A DNA stretch of 56,155 nucleotides. Origin: a virus (taxonomy: Duplodnaviria > Caudoviricetes). Where the stretch lies: positions 1-56,155 of IMG/VR virus record IMGVR_UViG_3300032287_004275; one strand, given 5' to 3'. Both the position numbers and the translations under genes were made by a program. Below are positions 20,601 to 28,806 of the stretch, one piece after another. The notes under the pieces were generated by a model that was not told the origin of the DNA, did not search any database, and was given only the letters and a program-made list of their open reading frames with translations. Numbering within the stretch: position 1 is the stretch's first letter; the number at the start of each line of letters is the position of its first letter.

Positions 20601-20688
20601 TATAATAACCCCAGAATATGTAACTCCATCATTAAACCAAAATGTTGATACCTTTATTACGGATCTTACACAGAAAGGTTTGATTTAA
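14683..20688 (+). CDS. large baseplate wedge/fibre-attachment protein (gp7/P2 gpI-like domain)
   Basis: IPEYL, NLPYLLKAKGTIPGLRALI, LamG-like middle, FVPART; 2001 aa. Confidence 0.65.
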   Translation: MAAEITQIDTQDFTSQMYEGQDTNLISTFDLSTSFVSSSYIESFIYDNNRNIITFNYNFTDYTIQNDGQSAGSNGNVSQITIDPEQFLIDNGFDQGEYITYFNFFNNKIGSELQPLYIAEISSDRTEIRLDSTTLSNLDIVEQANQFIQEREDSTYFLDFYLNFGENNLSIANNLQLDDADPINPTVLVKLYEPLPEEFDINSVLWVVTTFEEPVAYQVTFEDEPIVLNDFENISGPNFNIDLKDRVNNSTQNLSYENLVSTSLTSSIQQLNSLLEEKEIDINVDYTSFENFIHFSSVQTRLENFYSKIQLIEQYSSSIAILNNTTNSSASISSSAAVYESKIDNIITNFDGYEYFLYYESSSYAWPKTNSQKPYKLEKSNNPIVLNWIGSANESDSYFGGLLYTASLYDNNNKDNLYFSIPEYLREDPANDQYLLFIDMVGQFYDNIWIYYKDVTQKYNADNRLEYGISKDIVADAIRDFGIKLYQNNFSNEDLYTAFLGLTPEGGLFPFPNITGSLPTPSGYEYVNTLISASSDYIPLDDVNKSLYKRIYHNLPYLLKAKGTIPGLRALITSYGIPDTILRINEYGGKDKVNSNDWDYWQDEFNYAFNTKGDNFLFSRWNLNSNWGSSKLIPLTIGFRFKPTGFPPSDVSQSLLSFNVSSTTSVGVLSLEYTGSGLTSGSYSGSIVDPYYQYAKLTLYPSSSNLNLSASVYLPFYDGNWWSVMLTSGSNGYTLHAGNKIYEGGDNNTVLGFYSTSSVTSSYNSWDNSIRINYCSSSLFSPYVGNLQEIRYYKNPLSESVFKDYIMNPYSIEGNSLNSSPEELIFRAPLGGELYTGSVSIHPKITGSWASTQSFSDNTSNISFFSTPEYTTNREYFFYDQPIAGIKNTISDKIRIEDNVMPGGDTLSQYKALSQQSNISQSYTSNINYLEVAFSPTNEINEDIMDQIGSFNIGEFIGDPRLRSSSAVTYPALDQLRNAYFQKYTKNYDLVDFIRLIKFFDNSLFKMIRDFVPARTSLASGVVVKQHLLERNKYPQPQMEWEDLDISGTLKPTWNDYEPGTVEHFEGSTGGSFNQFNLITNTAQSWTESINTPSGSVLVIHNSQDEFYNGEFSGSTILVSNGIVNEAYPISNQEFEYKQVHYYGTSSNASYASASIEDSIFLNNFLNNVTSPQNGEILFYNEMIFVNISIFGQSVTVWGGNWRTKYLKIAKTDCSGSNNTTVLGNIDKALIYNPISNLYTQYNLTVLNEKPNYYLYQVNPTLRYIPSQLPNQVFDYTVSASKGITKNIDEPDVSNPFLDRINSWTSVTGNAAHYGTPYFSTSSGLFSLENTPNTPLAFSASITTSGSSTTQGSGRLSLRLYRNGVFSTLDSISGISLTTVTTTTFTSSLIYPLQNDVLFLSLTRNATGGPIPVLKSGSLLITQSRLVSTSSCEPVIFEPYLTTPNFYNSDENALLNNVFDLRDSSYYMDVDYARGITEPVNFDQLISGSATRAKVQDSNYTTQRHIIPRYLGSKSTSQHLNKWTEGDAGTYGKLPTVENLKTYVAYGEMGGSWAPERMNASTFQIKYLIKEDGTIDSPNVSENSLQNNQGTFQSGERFKISSTVPGGGEAIEYRTVIRGGTRIEPILYTQIGHSPASWNNVTMSFTTDFITSAAVGNYTAKSSPSASSPFFGEYGDFAGIDFNNNVLIGANASSWSNNTYVVNSGIILENVTLRIKVHIEPVLRAGTIGNQIHYAAARLIRKRGANETILEEITIPLSLIIANLPTPIGVTISDLSFNNIDFDYLIQPQNLQPNDEIFIRATHITNTYGDTIPAIRYKKNSSYFQVSQIPAPTSTQVTSSGTNTLWGYPDNTKLYAITASNPVLNGLYDQGFKQVDITGSGFNTISLPWSIKYGDEFRFEGNENNNFIVKKVYDAPETDNDRVSQTGSIEVQFGGTLPSASINLDHFLIRRYVDDASQVLFEGFKPTNSQGPYIITPEYVTPSLNQNVDTFITDLTQKGLI

Positions 20689-20729
20689 CAATATTTATTA
20701 GTATAATACATCTATAACAAAATAGAATA

Positions 20730-21386
20730 ATGGGATATTTAAATAATAATGTCGTTACAGTTGACGCGATTTTAACAACAAAAGGTAGAGAACTTTTAGC
20801 AAAAAATGATGGTTCTTTTAGAATTACACAATTTGCTTTAGCAGATGATGAAATAGATTATACATTATATAATCCAAACCACCCATCAGGTTCAGCGTTT
20901 TATGGAGAAGCAATTGAGAACATGCCTTTACTTGAGGCATTTCCTCTTGAAACTCAAATTATGAAATATAGATTAGCTACTTTACCTCGTGGAACAGCTA
21001 AATTACCTGTACTTGATTTAGGTTATTCTGCTATTACATTAGTTCAAGGAGCTTCATTAGCAATTACTCCTCAAACATTAAATTACTTAGGTAATAACCA
21101 AACTTATGAAACTAGTGGATACTCAGCTACTATTTCGGATGTTCGTTTAATGTCTACATTTACTGGTATTGGTATTAATACCACAGCTGCATTAACTGCT
21201 AATACAACTACTACATTAGGAACTAATGTTTCTACAACAGTAATAGGTTCTCAAATTAACTTAAGAGCAACTACTGTAAATACATTATTTGGAACCAATA
21301 CTCAACTTTCAGCTACATTAACAGTAGTAGGTTTAGATAGTGGTGCTAGATTAACTATTCCAATTACAATCAATAAAACTCAATAA
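20730..21386 (+). CDS. baseplate structural protein
   Basis: LTTKGRELLA..ITQFALADDEIDY. Confidence 0.65.
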   Translation: MGYLNNNVVTVDAILTTKGRELLAKNDGSFRITQFALADDEIDYTLYNPNHPSGSAFYGEAIENMPLLEAFPLETQIMKYRLATLPRGTAKLPVLDLGYSAITLVQGASLAITPQTLNYLGNNQTYETSGYSATISDVRLMSTFTGIGINTTAALTANTTTTLGTNVSTTVIGSQINLRATTVNTLFGTNTQLSATLTVVGLDSGARLTIPITINKTQ

Positions 21387-21398
21387 AAATAATAAACG

Positions 21399-22406
21399 AT
21401 GTCATATAAAAGATTTGATCCTGAAGATTTTGTAGTAAGTAGTGATTCAATTACCTCTACATTATGGTCAAGTGGGGCTCCAACATTAACAACATTTTTT
21501 ACTAGTTCTGTTCAAGAAGCAAGCTCAGCAGGAGACTATTATTTAAGTATATATAATACTTCTTCAGCTGACCAAGAAGTTCAATTTGATATAGTGTATT
21601 GTGATTCTCGAGGAAGCGGTAGTACATGGTTTAATCCAATTGTACCAGGTGCTTCTCCAACAAAAACAATGTATGGTCAATATCGTGCTTTAATTTTAGA
21701 GGATGAAAATGCTAATTTTATTTTTGGAAAAGGAAATAATGTTGTAACAGGATCAAATTTTTGGGTTTTATCCATTGAAAGAGCAAGATATAAACAATCA
21801 CTCTTCCCAGGATCTTTAAATTTAAAACTTTCTGGATCAGCAGGTATTATAAATTTAACAGATGATTCTTTAGACAACCCAGTAAATACATTTATTGGTT
21901 CATCTCGTGTATTTCAATTAATTTCAGGTTCAGGTGGAACAGCAGGGTCTTTAGCTGCTAGTGGGTATGTAGCCGGATCTGGTTCATATGGTTTAGTATT
22001 TCCTGATTTAGGAACTATTATTTTAAATCCATTTGCAATTTCCCAATCAATTGGAGTTTCACCTAGTCGTTCAAATAATTCTGATGGTTTAAATAATGGA
22101 AAACTATTTACTTCTATTAACTTAGGTAAATCCTTTGCTTTAAACTCAGAAGAAACTATTACATCTGATTATGTATTTGTTAGAGCTAGAAACAGTGAAT
22201 TTAACTACTCAGAAAACCCATCATTTATATCAGGTTCTACAGGTGAGGTAATTTATGATAATTTTATAAATGCTCCTCAAGTATACATTACAACTGTAGG
22301 AATGTATAATGATTCTAGTGAACTTTTAGCAGTTGCTAAAATGTCAAGACCATTGATAAAAGATTTTACAAAAGAAGCTCTAATTAGAGTAAAACTTGAT
22401 TTTTAA
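21399..22406 (+). CDS. baseplate/tail-collar fibre-like protein
   Basis: C-terminal ITTVGMYND..ELLAVAKMSRP. Confidence 0.65.
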   Translation: MSYKRFDPEDFVVSSDSITSTLWSSGAPTLTTFFTSSVQEASSAGDYYLSIYNTSSADQEVQFDIVYCDSRGSGSTWFNPIVPGASPTKTMYGQYRALILEDENANFIFGKGNNVVTGSNFWVLSIERARYKQSLFPGSLNLKLSGSAGIINLTDDSLDNPVNTFIGSSRVFQLISGSGGTAGSLAASGYVAGSGSYGLVFPDLGTIILNPFAISQSIGVSPSRSNNSDGLNNGKLFTSINLGKSFALNSEETITSDYVFVRARNSEFNYSENPSFISGSTGEVIYDNFINAPQVYITTVGMYNDSSELLAVAKMSRPLIKDFTKEALIRVKLDF

Positions 22407-22412
22407 TAATGA

Positions 22413-23300
22413 ATGAGCATCTTCAAACCATTCATAACTTCTGACATTGTTGTCTCCCCATTCAAAGTAAATAAATCTTTTACTTTTAAAGGTAACTTTG
22501 AATTAACTGCTTCTAATGTAGGGATTGATAGGTATATTGGACAAAATATTACATCTTCACTTTGGGTATCTGGTTCATATCCAACAGGCCAAATAAATAC
22601 CCAAGATAAAATTTTAGTCTACCGCTCAGTTAAAGAACTCTATTATTCAAATTATCTTACAAACCCATCAGGTTCACCTGCAGGAACTGCTTCTTTTAAT
22701 ACAGACGGAACCATTACAGGTCCTGCTTATACTCCAAATTACTATAATTATTTATCAACAACTCTCCCAACTTACAGATATATCCCAACAGGATCAGGAG
22801 ATATAATTGGGGTTATATCTATACCTTCAAATTTATTTGGTGAATATTTAACCCCAGCATCCTTAACTTTAAAATCAGGAAGTATTACATTACAAGATGA
22901 TGGAATTGGAAATATAATCTCAGGATCAACTAATGTAGGAAATGTAATCTATGAACATGGGATGATAATATTAACTAGTGGATCATTTATTAATAATTTT
23001 ATTACTACCCCAAATTTAACTTGTTCTTTTGAAAGTACAGTTACTATATATGAATCCCAATATAAATGTACTCTTAGACAAAATGAATTTAATTTTTCAC
23101 AAAACCCAACATTAATTTCTGGTAGTTCAAATAGTGGGAAAATATATGATTTTGCAACTGGTTCTTACTTTGATCCATATGTTACAACAGTAGGTTTATA
23201 TAATAACAACTATGAACTTTTAGCTGTTGCTAAATTAGCACAACCTTTACCACTTTCATCTGTAACAGATACATCAATATTAGTTAATTTAGATTTATAA
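22413..23300 (+). CDS. baseplate/tail-collar protein, paralogue of upstream gene
   Basis: EFNFSQNP..ISGS..VTTVGLYN..ELLAVAKLAQP. Confidence 0.65.
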   Translation: MSIFKPFITSDIVVSPFKVNKSFTFKGNFELTASNVGIDRYIGQNITSSLWVSGSYPTGQINTQDKILVYRSVKELYYSNYLTNPSGSPAGTASFNTDGTITGPAYTPNYYNYLSTTLPTYRYIPTGSGDIIGVISIPSNLFGEYLTPASLTLKSGSITLQDDGIGNIISGSTNVGNVIYEHGMIILTSGSFINNFITTPNLTCSFESTVTIYESQYKCTLRQNEFNFSQNPTLISGSSNSGKIYDFATGSYFDPYVTTVGLYNNNYELLAVAKLAQPLPLSSVTDTSILVNLDL

Positions 23301-23305
23301 ATTTT

Positions 23306-23761
23306 ATGTCAAATTGGTTTTATAATGGTAAATGGATAGAATCCATTGAAGATTTCCCTCAAGATACCTACGGTTTTATTTACATAACAATACATGAACC
23401 CTCAGGTAAAGCATATTTGGGTAAAAAAGTACTATACCATAACGTTAAGAAAAAATTAACAAAAAAAGAACTTGCTGAGCAGACTGGCAGAGGAAGAAAA
23501 TCAACTACCCAAGTTGTACAAAAGGAATCTGATTGGAAAACCTATTATGGCTCAGCTAAACCTATACTTGAGCTAATAAAACAAGGAAAACAAAAAGATT
23601 TTACTCGTAAAATTTTATGTACTGTTGAAAATAAAAAACTTTTAACATATTACGAATGTAAATATCTATTCCAATTAGGTGTTTTAGAAAACCCGGATGA
23701 ATGGATAAACGATAACATTTTAGGTAAGTTTTTTAGAAAAGATTTTGTTACCCAAGAATAA
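23306..23761 (+). CDS. GIY-YIG superfamily nuclease-like protein
   Basis: YGFIYIT...YLGKK, ESDWKTYYGS, NDNI. Confidence 0.6.
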   Translation: MSNWFYNGKWIESIEDFPQDTYGFIYITIHEPSGKAYLGKKVLYHNVKKKLTKKELAEQTGRGRKSTTQVVQKESDWKTYYGSAKPILELIKQGKQKDFTRKILCTVENKKLLTYYECKYLFQLGVLENPDEWINDNILGKFFRKDFVTQE

Positions 23762-23778
23762 GATTGTATCTTATATTT

Positions 23779-24708
23779 ATGGTAAATGAACTACTAGTTA
23801 ATTTAGTAAATTCTGTTTTAGGAGCAGGGAAACGAACAGCAAGAGGAAATCAAGCATATACGTGTCCATTTTGTCATCACCATAAGCCAAAACTCGAAGT
23901 TAATTTTACTGAAAACAAAGAAGGAAATAATCCTTGGGCGTGTTGGACATGTGGTAAAAAGGGTAAAACTATAAAAAGTTTATTTAAACAAGTACAAGTT
24001 GATGCTTCATATTTTCAAGAACTAGGCAAATTAGTTAAAAATGTTTCTGTAGAAGATATAGGAGAAGTAAAACAATCATTACTTGAATTACCAAAAGAAT
24101 TTAAAACATTTATCAACAATAAAGATATTGTAGCAAAACATGCTTTAGTATACCTCAAAAAACGAAATCTTACCAAACAAGATATTTTAAAATACAATAT
24201 TGGATATTGTGACTCAGGTCAATATAATAATATGGTAGTCATACCATCATATGATAACAACGGTAAATTAAATTATTTTACCGCGAGATCATTTGAAAAA
24301 GACCCTTATGTCAAGTACCGCAACCCTGAAACGTCTCGCGATATAATACCGTTTGAATTGTTTATTAATTGGGATTTACCTATTATATTATGTGAAGGTC
24401 CATTTGATGCAATTGCAATAAAACGAAATGCTATACCATTATTTGGTAAAAACATACAATCAAATTTAATGAAAAAAATTGTTACTTCTAAAGTACAAAA
24501 AATATACATTGCATTAGATACTGATGCTGTTAAACAAGCCCTTGGTTTTTGTGAACAGCTTTTAGACATTGGAAAAGAAGTTTATCTTGTAGAAATGCAA
24601 GGAAAAGATCCAAGTGAAATGGGTTTTGAAAACTTTACCAAACTTGTACAAACAGTTTCTCCTTTAACTCAATACAATTTAATGGAGAAAAAATTATATA
24701 CCATATGA
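23779..24708 (+). CDS. DNA primase (Zn finger + TOPRIM)
   Basis: CPFC..CWTC, CEGPFDA, LDTDA, KDPSE; start chosen at MVNELL. Confidence 0.9.
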   Translation: MVNELLVNLVNSVLGAGKRTARGNQAYTCPFCHHHKPKLEVNFTENKEGNNPWACWTCGKKGKTIKSLFKQVQVDASYFQELGKLVKNVSVEDIGEVKQSLLELPKEFKTFINNKDIVAKHALVYLKKRNLTKQDILKYNIGYCDSGQYNNMVVIPSYDNNGKLNYFTARSFEKDPYVKYRNPETSRDIIPFELFINWDLPIILCEGPFDAIAIKRNAIPLFGKNIQSNLMKKIVTSKVQKIYIALDTDAVKQALGFCEQLLDIGKEVYLVEMQGKDPSEMGFENFTKLVQTVSPLTQYNLMEKKLYTI

Positions 24709-25478
24709 AAAAAAGGAATATTAAAAAATCCTATGATCGAATTTTAGAAATATCTGATGATGCACAACAAATAACTTTACCTGACTCCCGTTATTATAGA
24801 AGAAATGGAAAATATTATCCATCTGTAACATATGTTTTAGGATATTATCCAAAAGGTAAATTTTTTGAAAATTGGTTAAAACAAGTTGGATTTGCTTCTG
24901 ACTATATTGTTAAAAAAGCAGCTGAAGAAGGTACTCAAGTGCACGAACTGTGTGAGGCTTATTTAAATGGAGAGGAATTAAAATTTTTAGATGATAAAGG
25001 ACGCCCCCAATACAACCCAGATGTTTGGCAAATGTTTTTACGTTTTGTTGAATTTTGGGAACTTATTAAACCTACTCTAATTGAAACTGAAGTTCATTTA
25101 TTTTCAGATATATTAAAAGTAGCTGGTACTTGTGATTTGATTGTTGAAATTAATGGTGAACTATGGTTATTAGATTTAAAAACATCAAATCAACTTCAAT
25201 TAACATATGAATTACAAACTGCAGTTTATGGCCAATGTTATGAAGAATGTTTTGGAAGAAAAATAGACCGTTATGGGATTTTATGGTTAAAATCATCTAA
25301 ACGTGGAGCTAAAAAAGATAAAATGCAAGGTAAAGGATGGGAAATAGTTGAATCAACTCGTACATTTGAAGAAAATATTGATATTTTTAAAACAGTAAAA
25401 CGTTTATTTGATTTGGAAAATCCAACACATTCCCCAACTTTCACTGAATTTAGAACAATAGCTAAACGAGAGCTATAA
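24705..25478 (+). CDS. PD-(D/E)xK exonuclease
   Basis: YPSVT, GTQVH, AGTCDL, LDLKTS, QTAVY. Confidence 0.85.
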   Translation: MKKRNIKKSYDRILEISDDAQQITLPDSRYYRRNGKYYPSVTYVLGYYPKGKFFENWLKQVGFASDYIVKKAAEEGTQVHELCEAYLNGEELKFLDDKGRPQYNPDVWQMFLRFVEFWELIKPTLIETEVHLFSDILKVAGTCDLIVEINGELWLLDLKTSNQLQLTYELQTAVYGQCYEECFGRKIDRYGILWLKSSKRGAKKDKMQGKGWEIVESTRTFEENIDIFKTVKRLFDLENPTHSPTFTEFRTIAKREL

Positions 25479-25489
25479 TATGTATAAGT

Positions 25490-26239
25490 ATGATAAGTCT
25501 GGTTCAATTGTTAAAAGAGGTTCAAAGCAGCCCTAAAGCTATTTTTATGGCAGGACCTGCTGGATCAGGTAAAACAACTATACTTAATCAATTAGGTCTT
25601 CAAAACTTTAAAGTAATAAACGTAGATGATGTTTATGAAGAACTTTTAAAAACAGAACTAGGTAAAGAAGATTTTGCTTCAATGTCACCTGAAGAACTAT
25701 CCCAAGCCGCTAAATTAATGGGTAAAGCTAGAGTAGTAACTAAAGAAAAAGAAACCCAAGCTTTATCAAATTCAGAAAATGTTATAATTGATGGTACAGG
25801 AGCTGCTTCAAGACCATTACTTAAGAAAAAGGAAGATTTAGAAGCGATGGGGTACGATACGTTTATGATATTACTTTATGTATCACCTATGACATCTTTA
25901 AAACGTAATGCTGAACGTGGTAGAAGTTTACCTACAAGTGCTGTATTAAAGAGTTGGGAAGGTGTAGTAAAAAATATTGATTTATATAAACAAGCATTTG
26001 GAGAAAACATTATTGTTATAAATAATGACCCTAAAAATGCTGATCCATCATTTGATGTTCAATCAATAATTAGTACTTTTCCTCAACCTAAAGGAAAACC
26101 TAAATCATCTGAGGAACTAGCAAAATCAAAAGCAGAAAAAGAAAAAACAAATCAAGAAATAAAATCACTTTTAAATATTGAACGTGAGTTTGATACATTA
26201 GAAGATGCAAAAAATAAAGTAAATGAATTCGTTAGTTAA
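25490..26239 (+). CDS. P-loop kinase (zeta-toxin/AAA_33-like)
   Basis: AGPAGSGKT, INVDD, IIDGTG, RNAERGR. Confidence 0.8.
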   Translation: MISLVQLLKEVQSSPKAIFMAGPAGSGKTTILNQLGLQNFKVINVDDVYEELLKTELGKEDFASMSPEELSQAAKLMGKARVVTKEKETQALSNSENVIIDGTGAASRPLLKKKEDLEAMGYDTFMILLYVSPMTSLKRNAERGRSLPTSAVLKSWEGVVKNIDLYKQAFGENIIVINNDPKNADPSFDVQSIISTFPQPKGKPKSSEELAKSKAEKEKTNQEIKSLLNIEREFDTLEDAKNKVNEFVS

Positions 26240-27626
26240 ATCAATTCTACAACCTTTATTAGAGCAAGATTCAAAAAATATTGCTCTTATCCCTGGTGGA
26301 TTTAAACCACCTACATTAGGTCATTTTTATTTAGCAGATGAGGTAGCTAAAAATCCTAACATAGATAAAGTAATTGTTCTAATAGGCCATAAAGATAGAG
26401 ATGGTATAACTAAAGAAGAAAGCAAACAAATATGGGATATTTACAAAAAATATCTTCCTTCTAATGTTGAAATCCAATTATCCCAAAATCCTTCCCCAAT
26501 CACAGATGTAAATTCAATTATTAAAAACGACCCAACAAATATGTATTTTCCTGTAGTTGGAATTAGAGGAGAAGAAGATATGGGTGATTTAAAACGTTTT
26601 GATAGTTTAAGAGGAAAATACGATAATTTTGAACCTATTGTAGTTAAAAGCGATGAAGAAGGAGATCGCATAAGCGGCACAAATGCTAGATTAGCTGTTT
26701 TAAACGGTGAATTTGAATCGTTTCAACGTTATCTTCCAACAGAACTCTCAAATAAAGATAAAGATCAAATATGGTCTATTTTAACCAAAACACCTATCCA
26801 GGAAATAATGTATGCTGAACCTAGCAAATTCAGTTACCCTACAATGTTATCTTCACTTATACAATACATGTTAAGTAAAGGAATGGATATTCGACCTTTA
26901 CCTAAAGTGAAATTTGTAGATGATGATATTAAAAATTCCCAAAATTTCTTTGGAAAAACAGCATATTATAATCCAAATGATAAATCTATAGTTTTATACA
27001 CTTATGGACGTCATCCAAAAGATGTAATGCGTTCGTTTGCTCATGAAATGATTCACCATGAACAAAATTGTAATGGTAAATTAGGTAATATTACAACCCA
27101 AAACACAAATGAAGAGGGAGATTTACCTGAAATTGAACGTGAAGCATATGAAAAAGGCAATATGATGTTCCGAAATTGGACAGATACTATTACTGAAGGT
27201 GTTTTAAAAGAAGAACAAGAAGATGATGTAATACTTTACCCTAGTACACTTAAACCAGGAGTAAACATCATGGTTGTCTTTAAAGAAAATGAAAACTATG
27301 AAAACCTATCTCCACTATTTGATGAATACGGGTATGGTTTTTACTACCCAGAACAAAAATCAATAATCATTGATGGTGAGGTATTTGTTAATTCTGATTT
27401 AGATCTTAACGATTTAAAATTTGTTGAAGCACACGAAGTATCTCATTTGCTTTTAGGACATACAGGACCTTATTCAGAAGACGATGAAATAGATGCTGAT
27501 TTAGGAGCATATATTTTATTAAAAGATAAAGGATTGTCTACTGAAAAATTAGAAAAAGAATTTAAAAATAGACATGGGATAGATTTTAGTGAAGAATTAC
27601 TTGAGAGAGTAAAAAACATGTTGTAA
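26223..27626 (+). CDS. HIGH-type nucleotidyltransferase fused to two HExxH zincin-like domains
   Basis: PGGFKPPTLGH, ISGTNAR; HEMIH..EREAY; HEVSH..EIDAD. Confidence 0.75.
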   Translation: MNSLVKSILQPLLEQDSKNIALIPGGFKPPTLGHFYLADEVAKNPNIDKVIVLIGHKDRDGITKEESKQIWDIYKKYLPSNVEIQLSQNPSPITDVNSIIKNDPTNMYFPVVGIRGEEDMGDLKRFDSLRGKYDNFEPIVVKSDEEGDRISGTNARLAVLNGEFESFQRYLPTELSNKDKDQIWSILTKTPIQEIMYAEPSKFSYPTMLSSLIQYMLSKGMDIRPLPKVKFVDDDIKNSQNFFGKTAYYNPNDKSIVLYTYGRHPKDVMRSFAHEMIHHEQNCNGKLGNITTQNTNEEGDLPEIEREAYEKGNMMFRNWTDTITEGVLKEEQEDDVILYPSTLKPGVNIMVVFKENENYENLSPLFDEYGYGFYYPEQKSIIIDGEVFVNSDLDLNDLKFVEAHEVSHLLLGHTGPYSEDDEIDADLGAYILLKDKGLSTEKLEKEFKNRHGIDFSEELLERVKNML

Positions 27627-27644
27627 ATTTACCCAAACTTTAGA

Positions 27645-28244
27645 ATGAAAAAAATACCTACATTATTAGATTTATATAGATTAATCACTGAAGATAAATC
27701 TTTTACATATACCATATATTGTGATATGGATGGTGTGTTATGTAATTTTGATAAAGGATACAAAGATTTAACAGGGATGTCAACTGATGAAGCTAATATG
27801 TATCCAAAACCATTTTTTTGGGAACTCTTTAGAAAAAATTTAGACGAAAAAAATATTAAAGAAAGAAATTTTTGGGCTAATCTACAACCCCAACCAGGAG
27901 CAGAAAAATTATGGAAATTTATTGCTCCATACATGCCAAATATACTTTCTGCCCCTTCTATTAATTTGTCCCATTCTAAAAAAGACAGATATAATCCCGA
28001 AATAAATGAAGCTATTATAGGTAAAAAAATGTGGATTGCAAAAAATTTATCTAATGTAGGAGAAGAAATTTTTGTTCCTGCCCCAGAAAAAGCTAAATTT
28101 GCTGCTCCAAAACATATACTTATAGACGACATGAATAAAAACATAGCATCTTGGAAAGCAGCTGGTGGGATAGGAATTTTACATACTTCAGCAACTGATA
28201 CTATAAAAACTTTAATAAACGATTACGGATTTAATGAAAGATAA
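27645..28244 (+). CDS. HAD 5'(3')-nucleotidase (NT5C-like)
   Basis: YCDMDGVLCNF, ILSAP, GKKMW, LIDD, GGIGILH. Confidence 0.85.
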   Translation: MKKIPTLLDLYRLITEDKSFTYTIYCDMDGVLCNFDKGYKDLTGMSTDEANMYPKPFFWELFRKNLDEKNIKERNFWANLQPQPGAEKLWKFIAPYMPNILSAPSINLSHSKKDRYNPEINEAIIGKKMWIAKNLSNVGEEIFVPAPEKAKFAAPKHILIDDMNKNIASWKAAGGIGILHTSATDTIKTLINDYGFNER

Positions 28245-28806
28245 TGTTTTAAAAAAACAGTTCCAAAAACGTGACGTAGAACGTTTACGTAACCTTGTAA
28301 AAGGTAAACATGGTGATCGAACCACAGTTGGAATTGGTTATAATGGAGAAATAACAGAAGACCATAAAGAAGGTGATGTTTGGGAACAAGGTGGAAAAAC
28401 TTGGACAATTAGAGATGGCATCAAAGAGAATATCACTAAATTAGATAAATTTAAAAAAACAGCAGTTCCTTTATTTTGTCCCGAGTGCAAACAAATTATG
28501 GACAAACAATTAGATCCACATTATTTTAAATCGTATAATCATTGTTTAGATTGTAGAACAAAATTTGAAACCCAACTTAAAATAGAAGGTAAGTGGCAGG
28601 ACTATGTTAATTCTACATTTAATGCTGAAATAGATAAACAAATAGAAGAGTATAAAAGTTATTTTGAAAACCTCCTTTCAGAAGGAAATCAAAACTATGT
28701 TTCTGAAAATGGTGAAATTCAAAAATGGGTTGGCGGAATAGATAAAGAGCGTGCTCAAAACGCTTTAGATGAGATGGTTAAACACTTAAATTCTTTAAAA
28801 AAATGA
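28234..28806 (+). CDS. hypothetical with Zn ribbon
   Basis: CPEC...CLDC. Confidence 0.7.
   Translation: MKDNVLKKQFQKRDVERLRNLVKGKHGDRTTVGIGYNGEITEDHKEGDVWEQGGKTWTIRDGIKENITKLDKFKKTAVPLFCPECKQIMDKQLDPHYFKSYNHCLDCRTKFETQLKIEGKWQDYVNSTFNAEIDKQIEEYKSYFENLLSEGNQNYVSENGEIQKWVGGIDKERAQNALDEMVKHLNSLKK

Noticed and set aside
14683-23300. Diversity-generating retroelement acting on fibre genes
   Set aside because: No reverse transcriptase and no TR/VR pair seen; similarity between 21399 and 22413 is old paralogy
24705-25478. Cas4
   Set aside because: PD-(D/E)xK core without the Fe-S cysteine set; sits next to primase as a replication/recombination exonuclease
25490-26239. Epsilon-zeta toxin-antitoxin module
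   Set aside because: No antitoxin candidate; only a generic P-loop kinase is supported
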